Of a DNA stretch of 64,000 nucleotides, positions 50,019-60,219 are shown piece after piece. The stretch's first letter is position 1, and every line of letters begins with the position of its first letter. The position numbers and the translations under genes were made by a program. The DNA comes from Candidatus Omnitrophota bacterium. Its GTDB lineage: Bacteria; Omnitrophota; Gorgyraeia; Zapsychrales; JANLHA01. Below the pieces are notes generated by a model. That model did not search any database, was not told the origin of the DNA, and saw only the letters and a program-made list of their open reading frames with translations. Where the stretch lies: the NCBI GenBank assembly GCA_963662715.1, contig OY759724.1, forward strand, positions 2,074,662 through 2,138,661, in the 5' to 3' direction.

Positions 50019-50768
50019 ATGTCAGGTCATTCGAAATGGGCAAGTATTAAACATAAAAAGGCGGCTACTGATGCAAAAAGAGGCGCTGCTTTTACTAAGG
50101 TGACCCGAGAAATTACCGCTGCCGCCAAGGATGGGGGCGGTAATACAGAGACAAATATCAGGCTTCGTGCGGCAATTGCCCGGGCTAAAGAGATTAATAT
50201 GCCTAATACGAATATTGAAAATGCTATAAAGAAGGGGACAGGAGAACTTCCCGGTGTGATCTATGAAAATGTGGTTTTTGATGCCTATGCTCCGGGTGGC
50301 GTGGCGATGCTTATTGAAGGCTTGACGGATAATAAGAACCGGACGACAGCTGAAATCAGAAATATTCTGTCGAAGAAGAACGGCAGTCTGGCCGGAGCCG
50401 GCAGCACGGCCTGGATGTTCACATCAAAGGGTTTTATCTCTATCGAGAAAGACAAAATAGGGGAAGAGGAACTGATGGACATTGTCCTTGAGGCCGGCGC
50501 CGACGATATTGATCCCAAAGGACAATATTATGAAATTGTTTGCGATCCTTCAAACTTGGAAGCAGTCAAGGCCGCCATTCAAGCCAAAAATATTCCCACC
50601 GTAACGGCTGAAGTCACGAAGATTCCTAATTCTTATATCAAGGTCACGGGCAACGAGGCGAAGCAGGTGTTGAGCCTGATGGAAACTTTGGAGGACCACG
50701 AGGATATTCAGGCCGTTCACGCCAATTTTGATATCCCGGATGACGAGATGGAAAAAGCAGCGGAATGA
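50019..50768 (+). CDS. yebC: YebC/PmpR family DNA-binding transcriptional regulator
   Basis: MSGHSKWASIKHKKA N-terminus typical of the family. RBS GGAGG upstream. Confidence 0.8.
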   Translation: MSGHSKWASIKHKKAATDAKRGAAFTKVTREITAAAKDGGGNTETNIRLRAAIARAKEINMPNTNIENAIKKGTGELPGVIYENVVFDAYAPGGVAMLIEGLTDNKNRTTAEIRNILSKKNGSLAGAGSTAWMFTSKGFISIEKDKIGEEELMDIVLEAGADDIDPKGQYYEIVCDPSNLEAVKAAIQAKNIPTVTAEVTKIPNSYIKVTGNEAKQVLSLMETLEDHEDIQAVHANFDIPDDEMEKAAE

Positions 50769-50769
50769 T

Positions 50770-51255
50770 ATGAAAATTATTGGTGTTGATCCGGGCTTGC
50801 ATGCCACGGGGTACGGGTTGATTACCGTTGAGTTGAGTCAATCCAGAAATGTTAAGCTCCTTGAAGCCGGGGCTATTGAACCCAAGCCGGATGATTTCCT
50901 GCAAAACAGAATCAATAAAGTCTACGATTGTCTTACGGATATCGTTTCTGAACATCGGCCGACAGTCATGGTTTTGGAGAGGCTTTACTCTCATTACCGG
51001 CATCCGACAACGGCCTGCAAATTGGGACATGTGAGAGGCGTGATCTGCCTCGTCTGCGCCCATCAGCATCTTCAGCTGGTTGAGTACAGCGTAAAACGCA
51101 TCAGGAAAAATGTTGTGGGTGACGGCAACGCGTCAAAACAGCAGACCCGGGAAGTCGTCGCTAACATTCTCCGTATTGATCCCGGACGGCTGACATTGGA
51201 TGCGAGCGATGCTTTGGCGCTGGCCTTGGGGTATGCGTATATGGAACATTATTAG
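50770..51255 (+). CDS. ruvC: Crossover junction endodeoxyribonuclease RuvC
   Basis: MKIIGVDPGLHATGYGLI N-terminus (catalytic Asp). Starts 2 nt after the yebC stop. Confidence 0.85.
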   Translation: MKIIGVDPGLHATGYGLITVELSQSRNVKLLEAGAIEPKPDDFLQNRINKVYDCLTDIVSEHRPTVMVLERLYSHYRHPTTACKLGHVRGVICLVCAHQHLQLVEYSVKRIRKNVVGDGNASKQQTREVVANILRIDPGRLTLDASDALALALGYAYMEHY

Positions 51256-51293
51256 GCCGATATCTTGTGGAATAAGAATATAAAATATATAAG

Positions 51294-51920
51294 ATGATAA
51301 CGAAGATTTCTGGACAACTGGTTGAAAAAAAAGATAATTCATTGATAATAAAGGTGGGGGGCGTGAGTTATGAAATTTTTGTCCCTTACTCGGTGTTGCA
51401 GAGAGTTTACGAACATGCGGATGAACAGAATCAACTGGAACTGATTACTTATCATTATATTCAGATGGGGACAGGAGCGGGATTCCCTTTTTTGGTTGGG
51501 TTCTTAAATGAGGTTGAAAAGGAATTTTTCCTTCAGTTTATCAAAGTCTCTGGGATCGGTCCCCGGGCCGCTGTCAAGGCTTTAAACAAGCCGATCAGTG
51601 AAATATCGGAAGCCATCGACCGGGGAGACCTACAGTATTTAAAGTCGCTTCCGGGCATTGGGTTCCAGAGGGCGAAAGAGATTGTTGCAAAATTGCAGGG
51701 GAAGGTCGGACGCTATGGGTTAATTCAGGATAAAACCCCGGCGGAGACCGGTTGCCCCATCCCGGATTGGCAGGAAGAAGCTTTGGCTGTCTTAGTTCAG
51801 TTGCAGTATAAAAAGCCGGAAGCGAAGTCTATGATTGATAAAGCTTTAAGACGTTGCCCGCACATCAAGGACACAGAACAACTGATTAATGAAATCTATA
51901 AACAAAGGATGAATGATTGA
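51294..51920 (+). CDS. ruvA: Holliday junction DNA helicase subunit RuvA
   Basis: MITKISGQLVEK...VGGVSYEIFVP OB-fold N-terminus, with an HhH region (LKSLPGIGFQRAKEI). Confidence 0.8.
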   Translation: MITKISGQLVEKKDNSLIIKVGGVSYEIFVPYSVLQRVYEHADEQNQLELITYHYIQMGTGAGFPFLVGFLNEVEKEFFLQFIKVSGIGPRAAVKALNKPISEISEAIDRGDLQYLKSLPGIGFQRAKEIVAKLQGKVGRYGLIQDKTPAETGCPIPDWQEEALAVLVQLQYKKPEAKSMIDKALRRCPHIKDTEQLINEIYKQRMND

Positions 51921-52753
51921 TGACTCAGTCAGAAAAAGATTTTATTAAGAATATTATTGAAGCGTTGCTGTTTATCAGTGAAAAACCCGTGTCGTTGGAA
52001 CAGATCCGTGCGGTGATGGAAGAGGTGTCGCCCGCGGATATCCGCCGGAAGATTCTGGAATTAAAAGATGAATATGAAAGTGGCATGCGGGGTATCGTGA
52101 TTATGGAGATCGCCGGCGGATATCAAATGTTAAGCAGCCCGCATTATACGGATGCTATCCGTCGGTTCTTTAAAAAAAGAGTTAAAGAGAAATTGTCCAG
52201 ACCCGCTTTGGAGACTTTGGCGATTATTGCTTATAAACAGCCCGTGTCCCGGGCTGATATTGAAGTCATCAGGGGCGTAAATTCGGATGGGGTCGTGGCC
52301 CATCTTCTTAACAAGGGGCTCATTAAGGTTGTGGGGCGCAAAGAACTCCCGGGCAAGCCTTACATCTATGGCACAACAAAACAGTTTCTTGAATATTTTG
52401 GTTTGAAGTCCTTGCGTGACCTGCCTAAACTGGAAGATTTCCCCACGTTATTTGCCAGCAGCGGCGAGACGGGGCATGCGACACCGGAAGAAGGCTCCCG
52501 GGATGTTGAGCCGGATGCTGCTGCCGCACAAGATATCCCTGATGAAGAGGGCGTTGAAGGCCAGGAGGCGGTTGCCTCTGTGGAGGATGTTTCTGAAGGC
52601 GTTTCGGAGGACAAGGAGGAATCCCGGAATTTTGCCTCCCCTGTGCCGGATGCTTCAAGGGAGGAAAGCCAGGAGTCCCTGCCGCTGGAAGGGGTTGAAG
52701 CGAATATGCCTGAGGGTGAACCTGTTATGAGTAACGAAAGAGAACATTTATGA
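51917..52753 (+). CDS. scpB: Segregation and condensation protein B (ScpB) with a long acidic C-terminal tail
   Basis: IIEALLFISEKPVSLEQI and a second winged-helix region (LETLAIIAYKQPVSRADIEVIRGV). About 90-aa D/E-rich tail. ATGA overlap with ruvA. Confidence 0.7.
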   Translation: MMTQSEKDFIKNIIEALLFISEKPVSLEQIRAVMEEVSPADIRRKILELKDEYESGMRGIVIMEIAGGYQMLSSPHYTDAIRRFFKKRVKEKLSRPALETLAIIAYKQPVSRADIEVIRGVNSDGVVAHLLNKGLIKVVGRKELPGKPYIYGTTKQFLEYFGLKSLRDLPKLEDFPTLFASSGETGHATPEEGSRDVEPDAAAAQDIPDEEGVEGQEAVASVEDVSEGVSEDKEESRNFASPVPDASREESQESLPLEGVEANMPEGEPVMSNEREHL

Positions 52754-53808
52754 GTCTAAATGAATTAAGAAAAAAGATTGATCAGATTGATGAAAAAATC
52801 GTGTCCTTGCTGAATCAGAGAGCCAAGGTCAGCAAAGCTATCGGGCAAGAAAAAGCCAGAAGTAATAAAGGGGTGTATGCTCCTGACCGGGAAGTTAAGG
52901 TTCTTAAAAAGATACGGTCTCTTAATCAAGGTCCCATGACTCACGAAGGGTTGGAGGCGGTTTACCGGGAGATCATGTCCAGTTCCCTTTCATTGGAAAA
53001 GAATTTGCGTATTGCCTATATGGGGCCGCAGGCGTCTTTTTCCCATCTGGCGGCGCAGCGCCGGTTCGGCTCGCAGGTCGGATATGTTCCGAGCGGAAAT
53101 ATTGCCGATGTCTTCCGCGCCGTGGAAAGCGGTGACTGTGATTATGGCGTTGTCCCGATAGAGAATTCAATCGAAGGAGCCGTGAATCATACGTTTGACC
53201 TGTTTGTCGAATCTGAATTAAAGATTTGTTCGCAGATTTTGTTGGAAGTGTCGCATAATCTTTTAGCGAAAATCCCGGAGAAAAATATTAGAAGAATTTA
53301 TTCTAATCCGCAGGTTTTTGGCCAATGCCGCAGCTGGCTGACAGCTCATTTGCCGCAGGCAGAACTCATTGATGTCGTCTCAACGACCAGGGCGGCGCAG
53401 CTGGCGGCCAAGGAAAAGAATGCGGCATGTATCGCATCATTAATGGCCGCTCAAGTGTATAATCTGCGTGTCCTTCATAAAGATATAGAGGACCGCGCTT
53501 ATAATATTACTCGGTTTTTAGTTATTGCCCAGACGGATGTCCCTCCGACAGGAAAAGACAGGACGTCGATCCTTTTTTCGATCAAGGACCGCATGGGCGC
53601 GCTGCACGATATGTTGACTCCTTTCTTCGACAATAAGATCAATTTGACGAAAATCGAATCTCGCCCTTCCAAAAAGAAAGCGTGGGATTATTATTTCTTT
53701 GTCGATTTTGAGGGGCACCGGGAGGAGAAGCCTGTGAAGCGGGCCTTAATGAAATTGGAAGATATGTGTAAATATTTAAAAATATTAGGTTCCTATCCTG
53801 TATCATAG
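52750..53808 (+). CDS. pheA: Bifunctional chorismate mutase / prephenate dehydratase (P-protein)
   Basis: N-terminal CM domain (LRKKIDQIDEKIVSLLNQRAKV), PDT domain (IAYMGPQASFSHLAAQRRFG, ESRP motif NLTKIESRPS) and a C-terminal ACT domain. Confidence 0.8.
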   Translation: MSLNELRKKIDQIDEKIVSLLNQRAKVSKAIGQEKARSNKGVYAPDREVKVLKKIRSLNQGPMTHEGLEAVYREIMSSSLSLEKNLRIAYMGPQASFSHLAAQRRFGSQVGYVPSGNIADVFRAVESGDCDYGVVPIENSIEGAVNHTFDLFVESELKICSQILLEVSHNLLAKIPEKNIRRIYSNPQVFGQCRSWLTAHLPQAELIDVVSTTRAAQLAAKEKNAACIASLMAAQVYNLRVLHKDIEDRAYNITRFLVIAQTDVPPTGKDRTSILFSIKDRMGALHDMLTPFFDNKINLTKIESRPSKKKAWDYYFFVDFEGHREEKPVKRALMKLEDMCKYLKILGSYPVS

Positions 53809-53810
53809 CT

Positions 53811-54899
53811 ATGAAAGTATTACCTCGTGTTTTAACAGTCAAGCCTTATCAGCCGGGGCGCCCTATAGATGAAGTCAAACGTGAACTGGGCCTGAAGTCG
53901 GTGATCAAACTGGCTTCGAATGAAAGTCCTTACGCCCCTTCTCCTAAAGTGTTGGCAGCCATTTCCAAAGAAGCCGGGGCAATTAACCGTTATCCGGATA
54001 GCGGCTGTTATACCCTGCGGCGGGCTCTTTCTGCGGAGCTGTCGTGTCATGAAAACCAGTTGATTTTCGGGAACGGTTCGGATGAGATCATTGTCGCGGC
54101 CATTCGTGCCTTTGTCGGGGAAGGCGATGAGGTTGTGGTGGCCCACCCCTCATTTCTTATTTATACCATTGCCACTCAGGTCGTAGGGGGAAAGGTTCAG
54201 GCTGTCCCGGTAAAGGATTTCCGCTACGATCTTTCGGGGATGGCCCAAGCGGTCTCCGACAGGACGAAGATTGTTTTCCTGGCCAATCCGGATAATCCGG
54301 CCGGCACGTATATTTCTACCGGGGATTTGGAACGCTTCCTTTCCTGTCTCCCTTCGGATATTGTTGTTTTTTTAGATGAAGCTTATCACGAATTTGTGGC
54401 CGACAGGAAGGATTATCCGAATTCCAAGGAGTTGCTGAAGAAATATCCTCAGCTGATTATTTCAAGGACATTTTCCAAACTGTACGGCTTGGCCGGGTTG
54501 CGGATCGGGTACGGTCTGGCCCGTCCGGAAATGATAGACATCCTTAAACGGGTTTGCGAACCTTTTAACGTCAACTCTCTGGCTCAGGCGGCGGCTTTAG
54601 CCTGTTTAAAGGATAAGCCTTATTATCGACGCATTGCCAGGGAGATCGAAGCTCAGCGTGAATTTATCTTTCAGTGCCTGGAGTCCTGGGGCATCGGATT
54701 TGTGCGAACGTGTACGAATTTTGTGCTTATTCTTGTGCCGGGAAAGGGAAGGGACTACTGTCGGGGACTATTGGAAAAGGGGATTATTGTCCGGGATATG
54801 AGTGGTTGGGGTTTGGACCATTATATCCGGGTGACCATCGGAACCCCGAAAGAGAACAAGCGCTTTTTATCCGTTTTTAAAACCATGATAAAAAGATAA
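53811..54899 (+). CDS. hisC: Histidinol-phosphate / aromatic aminotransferase (HisC family)
   Basis: PLP-lysine motif [15 protein letters not shown] and N-terminal [13 protein letters not shown]. Confidence 0.75.
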   Translation: MKVLPRVLTVKPYQPGRPIDEVKRELGLKSVIKLASNESPYAPSPKVLAAISKEAGAINRYPDSGCYTLRRALSAELSCHENQLIFGNGSDEIIVAAIRAFVGEGDEVVVAHPSFLIYTIATQVVGGKVQAVPVKDFRYDLSGMAQAVSDRTKIVFLANPDNPAGTYISTGDLERFLSCLPSDIVVFLDEAYHEFVADRKDYPNSKELLKKYPQLIISRTFSKLYGLAGLRIGYGLARPEMIDILKRVCEPFNVNSLAQAAALACLKDKPYYRRIAREIEAQREFIFQCLESWGIGFVRTCTNFVLILVPGKGRDYCRGLLEKGIIVRDMSGWGLDHYIRVTIGTPKENKRFLSVFKTMIKR

Positions 54900-54954
54900 T
54901 TATTTAAAGGATAAAACCAGGATAGCTTTGCGGAAAAATCCTGAAGGGGGATTT

Positions 54955-55971
54955 ATGATTATTATTTGTAAACCGGATGCCACAGAAGAACAGCTGCATC
55001 ATATTATTGAAAAAGCGGAAAAATTAGGGCTCAAAGTTCATGTCTCCAAGGGCGTAGAGCGAACAGTCCTGGGATTTATCGGCCCGGAAGACGTTTTGCG
55101 CGTGATTCCCTTGGAAGTTTTTCCGGGAGTTGACCAGGTTTTGCCGGTACTGGTCCCGTATAAACTTGTATCCCGGGAATTTCAAAAAGAGGATTCAATC
55201 ATTCGGATTAATGAAACGGTGCAGGTCGGGGGCGAAAAGATTACCGTCATAGCCGGGCCGTGTTCTGTGGAAAGTTACGATGCCTTGCTGTCTGTGGCCG
55301 AGAAAGTCAAAGCATCGGGAGCAACGGTTCTCCGGGGAGGGGCGTTCAAGCCCCGCACGTCCCCTTATGATTTTCAAGGGCTGGGAGAAGAAGGGTTGAA
55401 GTATCTTAAAGACGTCAGTGAAGCCGTAGGATTGGCGACGATTACGGAGGTCATGGATCCGCGTCATGTCGACCTTGTTGCCCGGTATGTGGATGTCCTG
55501 CAGATTGGAGCAAGAAATATGCAGAATTATAGCTTGCTGCAGGAAGTCGGGAATACCAAGAAACCGGTCATGTTAAAACGCGGAATGAGCGCGACGATTA
55601 AAGATCTTTTGATGGCGGCGGAATATATTGCGGCAAAGGGCAATTTAAATGTTATGTTGTGTGAAAGAGGTATTCGGACATTTGAAACGGCGACCAGGAA
55701 CACATTTGATATTAATGCCATTCCTGTCATTAAGCAGAAGTCCCACCTACCCGTCATTGCTGACCCTAGTCACGGCACTGGCCGATGGGGTTTGGTCAGC
55801 CGGATTGCTTTAGCTGCTGTGGCGGCCGGATGCGATGCTTTGATTATTGAAGTTCATGCCAATCCTGAAGAAGCCTTGTCTGACGGCGCCCAATCCCTTA
55901 CCCCGGAAAACTTTCAAGCCCTTATGTTACAGTTGCAAGCTGTCGCTAAAGCCGTAAACAGAGCGCTTTAG
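54955..55971 (+). CDS. 3-deoxy-7-phosphoheptulonate (DAHP) synthase, type I-beta with N-terminal ferredoxin-like regulatory domain
   Basis: [20 protein letters not shown] and GARNMQN motifs. About 70-aa N-terminal extension as in Thermotoga-type DAHP synthases. ATG 54955 has GAAGGGGG upstream. Confidence 0.75.
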   Translation: MIIICKPDATEEQLHHIIEKAEKLGLKVHVSKGVERTVLGFIGPEDVLRVIPLEVFPGVDQVLPVLVPYKLVSREFQKEDSIIRINETVQVGGEKITVIAGPCSVESYDALLSVAEKVKASGATVLRGGAFKPRTSPYDFQGLGEEGLKYLKDVSEAVGLATITEVMDPRHVDLVARYVDVLQIGARNMQNYSLLQEVGNTKKPVMLKRGMSATIKDLLMAAEYIAAKGNLNVMLCERGIRTFETATRNTFDINAIPVIKQKSHLPVIADPSHGTGRWGLVSRIALAAVAAGCDALIIEVHANPEEALSDGAQSLTPENFQALMLQLQAVAKAVNRAL

Positions 55972-56016
55972 CATTTTCTGGTTGGATTCTTAAAGAATTA
56001 AGGGAGAAAAAGACAT

Positions 56017-56871
56017 ATGCCACTAGGATCACGTTTATTTAAAAAGGTCACCATTATTGGTGTTGGATTGATGGGCGGATCTTTGGGAAAAGCCATCAAA
56101 AAGCATAATCTTGCCAAAGAAGTCGTCGGGCTGTCTCAACGTCAGTCAACTTTATCGACGGCAGTCAAAACCCAGGCGATTGATTATGGGACTCACGATA
56201 TTAAAAAGGCCGTGCATAATGCCGACTTGGTCGTTCTCGCTACCCCGGTCAGCATTATTACAGGCATGTTGTCGATGATCGGGCCTCATTTGAAACGCAA
56301 TTGTATTGTCACAGACGTGGGAAGCTCCAAAGTTTCCATCGTTCAGGCCGCTCAGCAGTCTTTGCCGAATTATGTTAGTTTTTTGGGGTCGCATCCCCTC
56401 GCGGGATCAGAGAAAAGGGGTGTCCAGTTCTCCGACGATGAACTGTTTAACGGGTCGCTTTGCATTATAACTCCGACCGAGCGGGGCAACCGTTCAGTCA
56501 CGAACAGGGTCAAATCCTTATGGAGCCGCGTTGGATGTAAAGTGAAATTTTTATCTCCGGAGGAGCATGACCGTATCATGGCTTTTATCAGTCATCTCCC
56601 GCATGTCCTGGCCTTTTCCCTGATGAATATTATTCCGGAGGATTTATTGGAGTATGCGGCCCAGGGCTTAAAAGACACCACAAGGATTGCGGCCTCTTCT
56701 CCCCAAGTGTGGAATGATATCTGTATGGGCAATGCCCATAATATTGTTAAACTTTTGGATGATTATGTGAAGGATTTGTCTGCTATCAGACGAGCCATTA
56801 TAACGAATGATACGAAGTTCCTTTTGGACACGTTCCAGAAAGCCAAAGAAAAAAGAGATAGGATTATGTGA
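56017..56871 (+). CDS. tyrA: Prephenate/arogenate dehydrogenase
   Basis: VTIIGVGLMGGSLGKAIKK Rossmann motif and conserved HPLAG motif. Confidence 0.75.
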   Translation: MPLGSRLFKKVTIIGVGLMGGSLGKAIKKHNLAKEVVGLSQRQSTLSTAVKTQAIDYGTHDIKKAVHNADLVVLATPVSIITGMLSMIGPHLKRNCIVTDVGSSKVSIVQAAQQSLPNYVSFLGSHPLAGSEKRGVQFSDDELFNGSLCIITPTERGNRSVTNRVKSLWSRVGCKVKFLSPEEHDRIMAFISHLPHVLAFSLMNIIPEDLLEYAAQGLKDTTRIAASSPQVWNDICMGNAHNIVKLLDDYVKDLSAIRRAIITNDTKFLLDTFQKAKEKRDRIM

Positions 56872-56872
56872 A

Positions 56873-57583
56873 ATGAAAGATCTTTCGGGTTTTCATGTTG
56901 TGACCATTGACGGACCGGCGGGAGCGGGAAAAAGCACTGTCGCTAAAATGCTCGCCCGGAGGCTGAATTATGCGTATCTGGACACGGGGGCCATGTACAG
57001 GGCTTTGACTCTTAAGGCGATGCGCACAGGCTGTGAATTGGCCCGGGAGGAGTCCCTGATCCAGTGCGCGCAAAAAACAACTATTGCCTTGAAGGCGGAT
57101 CCGGTTAAGGGGCTGAGGGTTTTTCTGGAAGGGGAGGATGTCTCCGATGAGATCCGTACCCTGGAAGTCACGAACAATACGTTTTATGTCGCCAGGGTTC
57201 CCGCGGTGAGAGAGATTTTGGTGGGCTGGCAAAGAGATATCGGGAAGAAACAAAACGTTGTGGTGGAAGGAAGAGATGTGGGCACGGTTGTTTTTCCGGA
57301 GGCTTCGTTCAAATTTTATCTTGACGCGGAATTCTCCGAACGGGTCCGTCGGCGGCTGACAGAACTGCGGGATAAGGGGAAGGCTGTAGAGGCAGAACAG
57401 CTCCGTTGTGAACTGAGTGACCGTGATCAGAAAGATCTCACCAGGACAGTCGGACCTTTAAAGAAAGCCGAAGATGCTATTATGCTTGACTCGACATCGT
57501 TATCTATTGAAGATGTCGTTGACAGCATGTTAAATATCATTCAGGCTAAACGCGCTGTGCCGGAGGGGCAAAAAAGTCCCTGA
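56873..57583 (+). CDS. cmk: (d)CMP kinase
   Basis: VVTIDGPAGAGKSTVAKMLARRLNYAYLDTGAMYRA. Starts 1 nt after the tyrA stop. Confidence 0.85.
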   Translation: MKDLSGFHVVTIDGPAGAGKSTVAKMLARRLNYAYLDTGAMYRALTLKAMRTGCELAREESLIQCAQKTTIALKADPVKGLRVFLEGEDVSDEIRTLEVTNNTFYVARVPAVREILVGWQRDIGKKQNVVVEGRDVGTVVFPEASFKFYLDAEFSERVRRRLTELRDKGKAVEAEQLRCELSDRDQKDLTRTVGPLKKAEDAIMLDSTSLSIEDVVDSMLNIIQAKRAVPEGQKSP

Positions 57584-57641
57584 CCCGGCCGGGAGGGGCC
57601 GTGATAGCGGCAGAATCACTCTGCCAGAAGAAATAAAAAAT

Positions 57642-59432
57642 ATGGATAAGTCACTGATTAGAAATTTTTCGATTATTGCCCATATTGACCACGGAAAATC
57701 GACCCTGGCGGATCGGTTGCTTTTATTTACCGGGGCGATCGATGAAAGAAAATTCCAGAATCAGCTTTTGGATGATATGGATATTGAACGGGAGAGGGGC
57801 ATCACAATTAAAGCTTCTGCCGTAAGGCTGGATTACAAAGCAGACAACGGCAAGTCATATGTTTTTAACTTGATTGATACCCCGGGGCATGTGGACTTTA
57901 CGTATGAGGTGGAAAAATCTCTGCGTGCATGTGAAGGGGCTCTGCTCGTCATCGATGCTTCGCAGGGGGTTGAATCGCAGACCGTGGCGAACAATTATCT
58001 TGCTATTGAAAGCAATCTGGAAATTCTGCCTGTGATTAATAAGATTGATATTGCCAACATTGATATTGATCACGCTAAGATGGAGTTTATGGATATTTTG
58101 AACTTTAAAGAAGAGGATATCCAGCTGGTTTCGGCCAAAGAAGGGGTTGGCATCAAGGAGCTGTTTGAAAAGATTGTCAGTTTCATCCCCTGCCCGGAAG
58201 GAGATGATCATGCGCCTCTGCAAGCTCTGATTTTCGATATGAAATATGACATTTATAAAGGAATTATTATTTATGTGCGCATCTTCAACGGCGTTATAGA
58301 TCCGGGGCTGAAGATCCTGATGATGCATACCGGGAAGGAGTTTTCCATAGAAGAGATCGGTGTTTTTCGCCCGGAAGCGACCAGGGTCAAGAAGCTTACA
58401 AGCGGCGAGGTCGGGTACATTACATGTAATGTCCACGACCCGAGAGAAGTCAGGGTGGGAGATACGATAACGGCTGTCGCCCGTCCGACAGTATCTCCGC
58501 TGGAAGGCTATCGCCAGCTGAATCCCATGGTTTTTTGTGGGGTTTATCCCGTCAATTCAAAAGATTTTATGTCTTTGCGGGAAGCCATCGATAAGCTGAG
58601 GCTGAATGACCCGAGTTTTGTTTTTGAGCCGGAAACCTCTCAGTCCTTTGGCCACGGATTCCGGTGCGGCTTCTTAGGGCTGCTGCACATGGAAATTGTG
58701 CAAGAACGCCTGCAGCGGGAATATGATCTCAACCTGATCTTGACGACGCCCAACGTTAAATACCGCCTTACAACTAAAAATAAAGAGACTTGTTATGTCG
58801 AGAATCCCGCCCAGTTGACGGAGCGGACCCAGATAGACCGGATCGAGGAACCGTATCTGGAGGTTTCCATCATGTCTCCCGTGGAATACATGGATAAGGT
58901 GATGGAGCTGTCCAAATCTAAAAGAGGGATCTATATCAAGAGTGAGTATGTCTCTGACCGTATGCGTATTCTTTTCGACATGCCCTTATCCGAAGTTATC
59001 GTTGATTATAACGATATGATTAAATCCGTAACGCGGGGCTACGGCTCCATCGATTACCGGTTCAAAGGCTATTATCCTGCCAAAATTTCTAAACTGGATA
59101 TTCTGATTAACGGAAAAGAATGCGATGCTTTCTCCTGCCTTGTGAACCAGGAGAGAGCTTATGAAAAGGGGGTTGCGTTAGTGAGTAAATTAAAAGAGCT
59201 GATCCCGCAACAGTTGTTTGAGGTCCGCATTCAGGCCACGTGTGACGGAAGGGTCATTTCCAGCGCCAAAGTGCGCTCAACAGGGAAAAATGTGACGGCG
59301 AAATGTTACGGGGGAGATATTACCCGCAAACGGAAATTGTGGGAAAAGCAGAAAGAAGGGAAAAAAAGGTTGAAGCAGATAGGGAATGTTGAGGTGCCGC
59401 AGGAGGCATTCTTGGCTGTATTAAAAATTTGA
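57642..59432 (+). CDS. lepA: Elongation factor 4 (LepA)
   Basis: IRNFSIIAHIDHGKSTLADRLL G1 motif, DTPGHVDF, and the LepA-specific C-terminal domain. Confidence 0.9.
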   Translation: MDKSLIRNFSIIAHIDHGKSTLADRLLLFTGAIDERKFQNQLLDDMDIERERGITIKASAVRLDYKADNGKSYVFNLIDTPGHVDFTYEVEKSLRACEGALLVIDASQGVESQTVANNYLAIESNLEILPVINKIDIANIDIDHAKMEFMDILNFKEEDIQLVSAKEGVGIKELFEKIVSFIPCPEGDDHAPLQALIFDMKYDIYKGIIIYVRIFNGVIDPGLKILMMHTGKEFSIEEIGVFRPEATRVKKLTSGEVGYITCNVHDPREVRVGDTITAVARPTVSPLEGYRQLNPMVFCGVYPVNSKDFMSLREAIDKLRLNDPSFVFEPETSQSFGHGFRCGFLGLLHMEIVQERLQREYDLNLILTTPNVKYRLTTKNKETCYVENPAQLTERTQIDRIEEPYLEVSIMSPVEYMDKVMELSKSKRGIYIKSEYVSDRMRILFDMPLSEVIVDYNDMIKSVTRGYGSIDYRFKGYYPAKISKLDILINGKECDAFSCLVNQERAYEKGVALVSKLKELIPQQLFEVRIQATCDGRVISSAKVRSTGKNVTAKCYGGDITRKRKLWEKQKEGKKRLKQIGNVEVPQEAFLAVLKI

Positions 59433-60175
59433 CGGAGAGATTTATGGAAGACATTCATTGGAAGGATCAATATGATAAGCTGATCGCGGAAGGAAAAAAA
59501 AGCGGATTCCTCCACCGGGATGCGATCACCAAGAGCCTTCAATCCGCCGGGGCCGATGAGCAAGAGCTTCAGCAGGCGCTGGTGAATTTGCATGATGAAG
59601 GCATTGAAATTGTCAGGAAGTCGGCCACCCGCGAATGGGTGGAATCCATTGTTATCGCCTTTATTCTTGCCATGTTTATCCGGGAATTCTTCTTCCAGGC
59701 TTTCCGGATTCCAAGCGGGTCTATGCGGAACACCCTCCTGGAGGGGGATCGGCTGCTGGTTAATAAATTGTATTATGGCCCCAAGATTCGGTTTACCCAA
59801 AAACGTTTGCCGGGGTTCACGACCCCGCATCGGGGAGATGTTATTGTCTTTATTTACCCGCTTGACCCCAAAAGAGATTTTATTAAACGACTTATAGCCG
59901 TGGGCGGGGAGATCGTAGAAATAAAGGACGGCGATATCTTTATTAACGGGAAGCTGATTGAAAATCCTTTGATTAAGAACACTTTCTACTATAATTACGG
60001 CAATGCTTTGCCGGGCCAGAAGATCAAGGTTCCGGAAGGGCATTATTTCGTTTTAGGCGATAACAGTGCCTCGAGCAGTGACAGCCGTTATTGGGGGTTT
60101 GTGCCGGAAAACAATGTTGTCGGGAAGGCCGCTTTGATTTACTGGCCTCCGCAACGCATACGCCTGATAAAATAG
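59429..60175 (+). CDS. lepB: Signal peptidase I
   Basis: SGSMRNTLLEGDRLLVNK (catalytic Ser) and GDNSASSSDSRYWG boxes. ATGA overlap with lepA. Confidence 0.8.
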   Translation: MTERFMEDIHWKDQYDKLIAEGKKSGFLHRDAITKSLQSAGADEQELQQALVNLHDEGIEIVRKSATREWVESIVIAFILAMFIREFFFQAFRIPSGSMRNTLLEGDRLLVNKLYYGPKIRFTQKRLPGFTTPHRGDVIVFIYPLDPKRDFIKRLIAVGGEIVEIKDGDIFINGKLIENPLIKNTFYYNYGNALPGQKIKVPEGHYFVLGDNSASSSDSRYWGFVPENNVVGKAALIYWPPQRIRLIK

Positions 60176-60219
60176 GGTTATGCCTGTGTGAGATTTTTGA
60201 ACCCAGCCTGAGGGATCAG

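Noticed and set aside
54928-54954. TTG start for the DAHP synthase ORF as listed
   Set aside because: ATG 54955 has a clear GAAGGGGG Shine-Dalgarno 4 nt upstream. It begins the regulatory domain at a position consistent with homologues.
59306-60043. 245-aa minus-strand ORF
   Set aside because: Antisense to lepA/lepB, with no recognisable domain.
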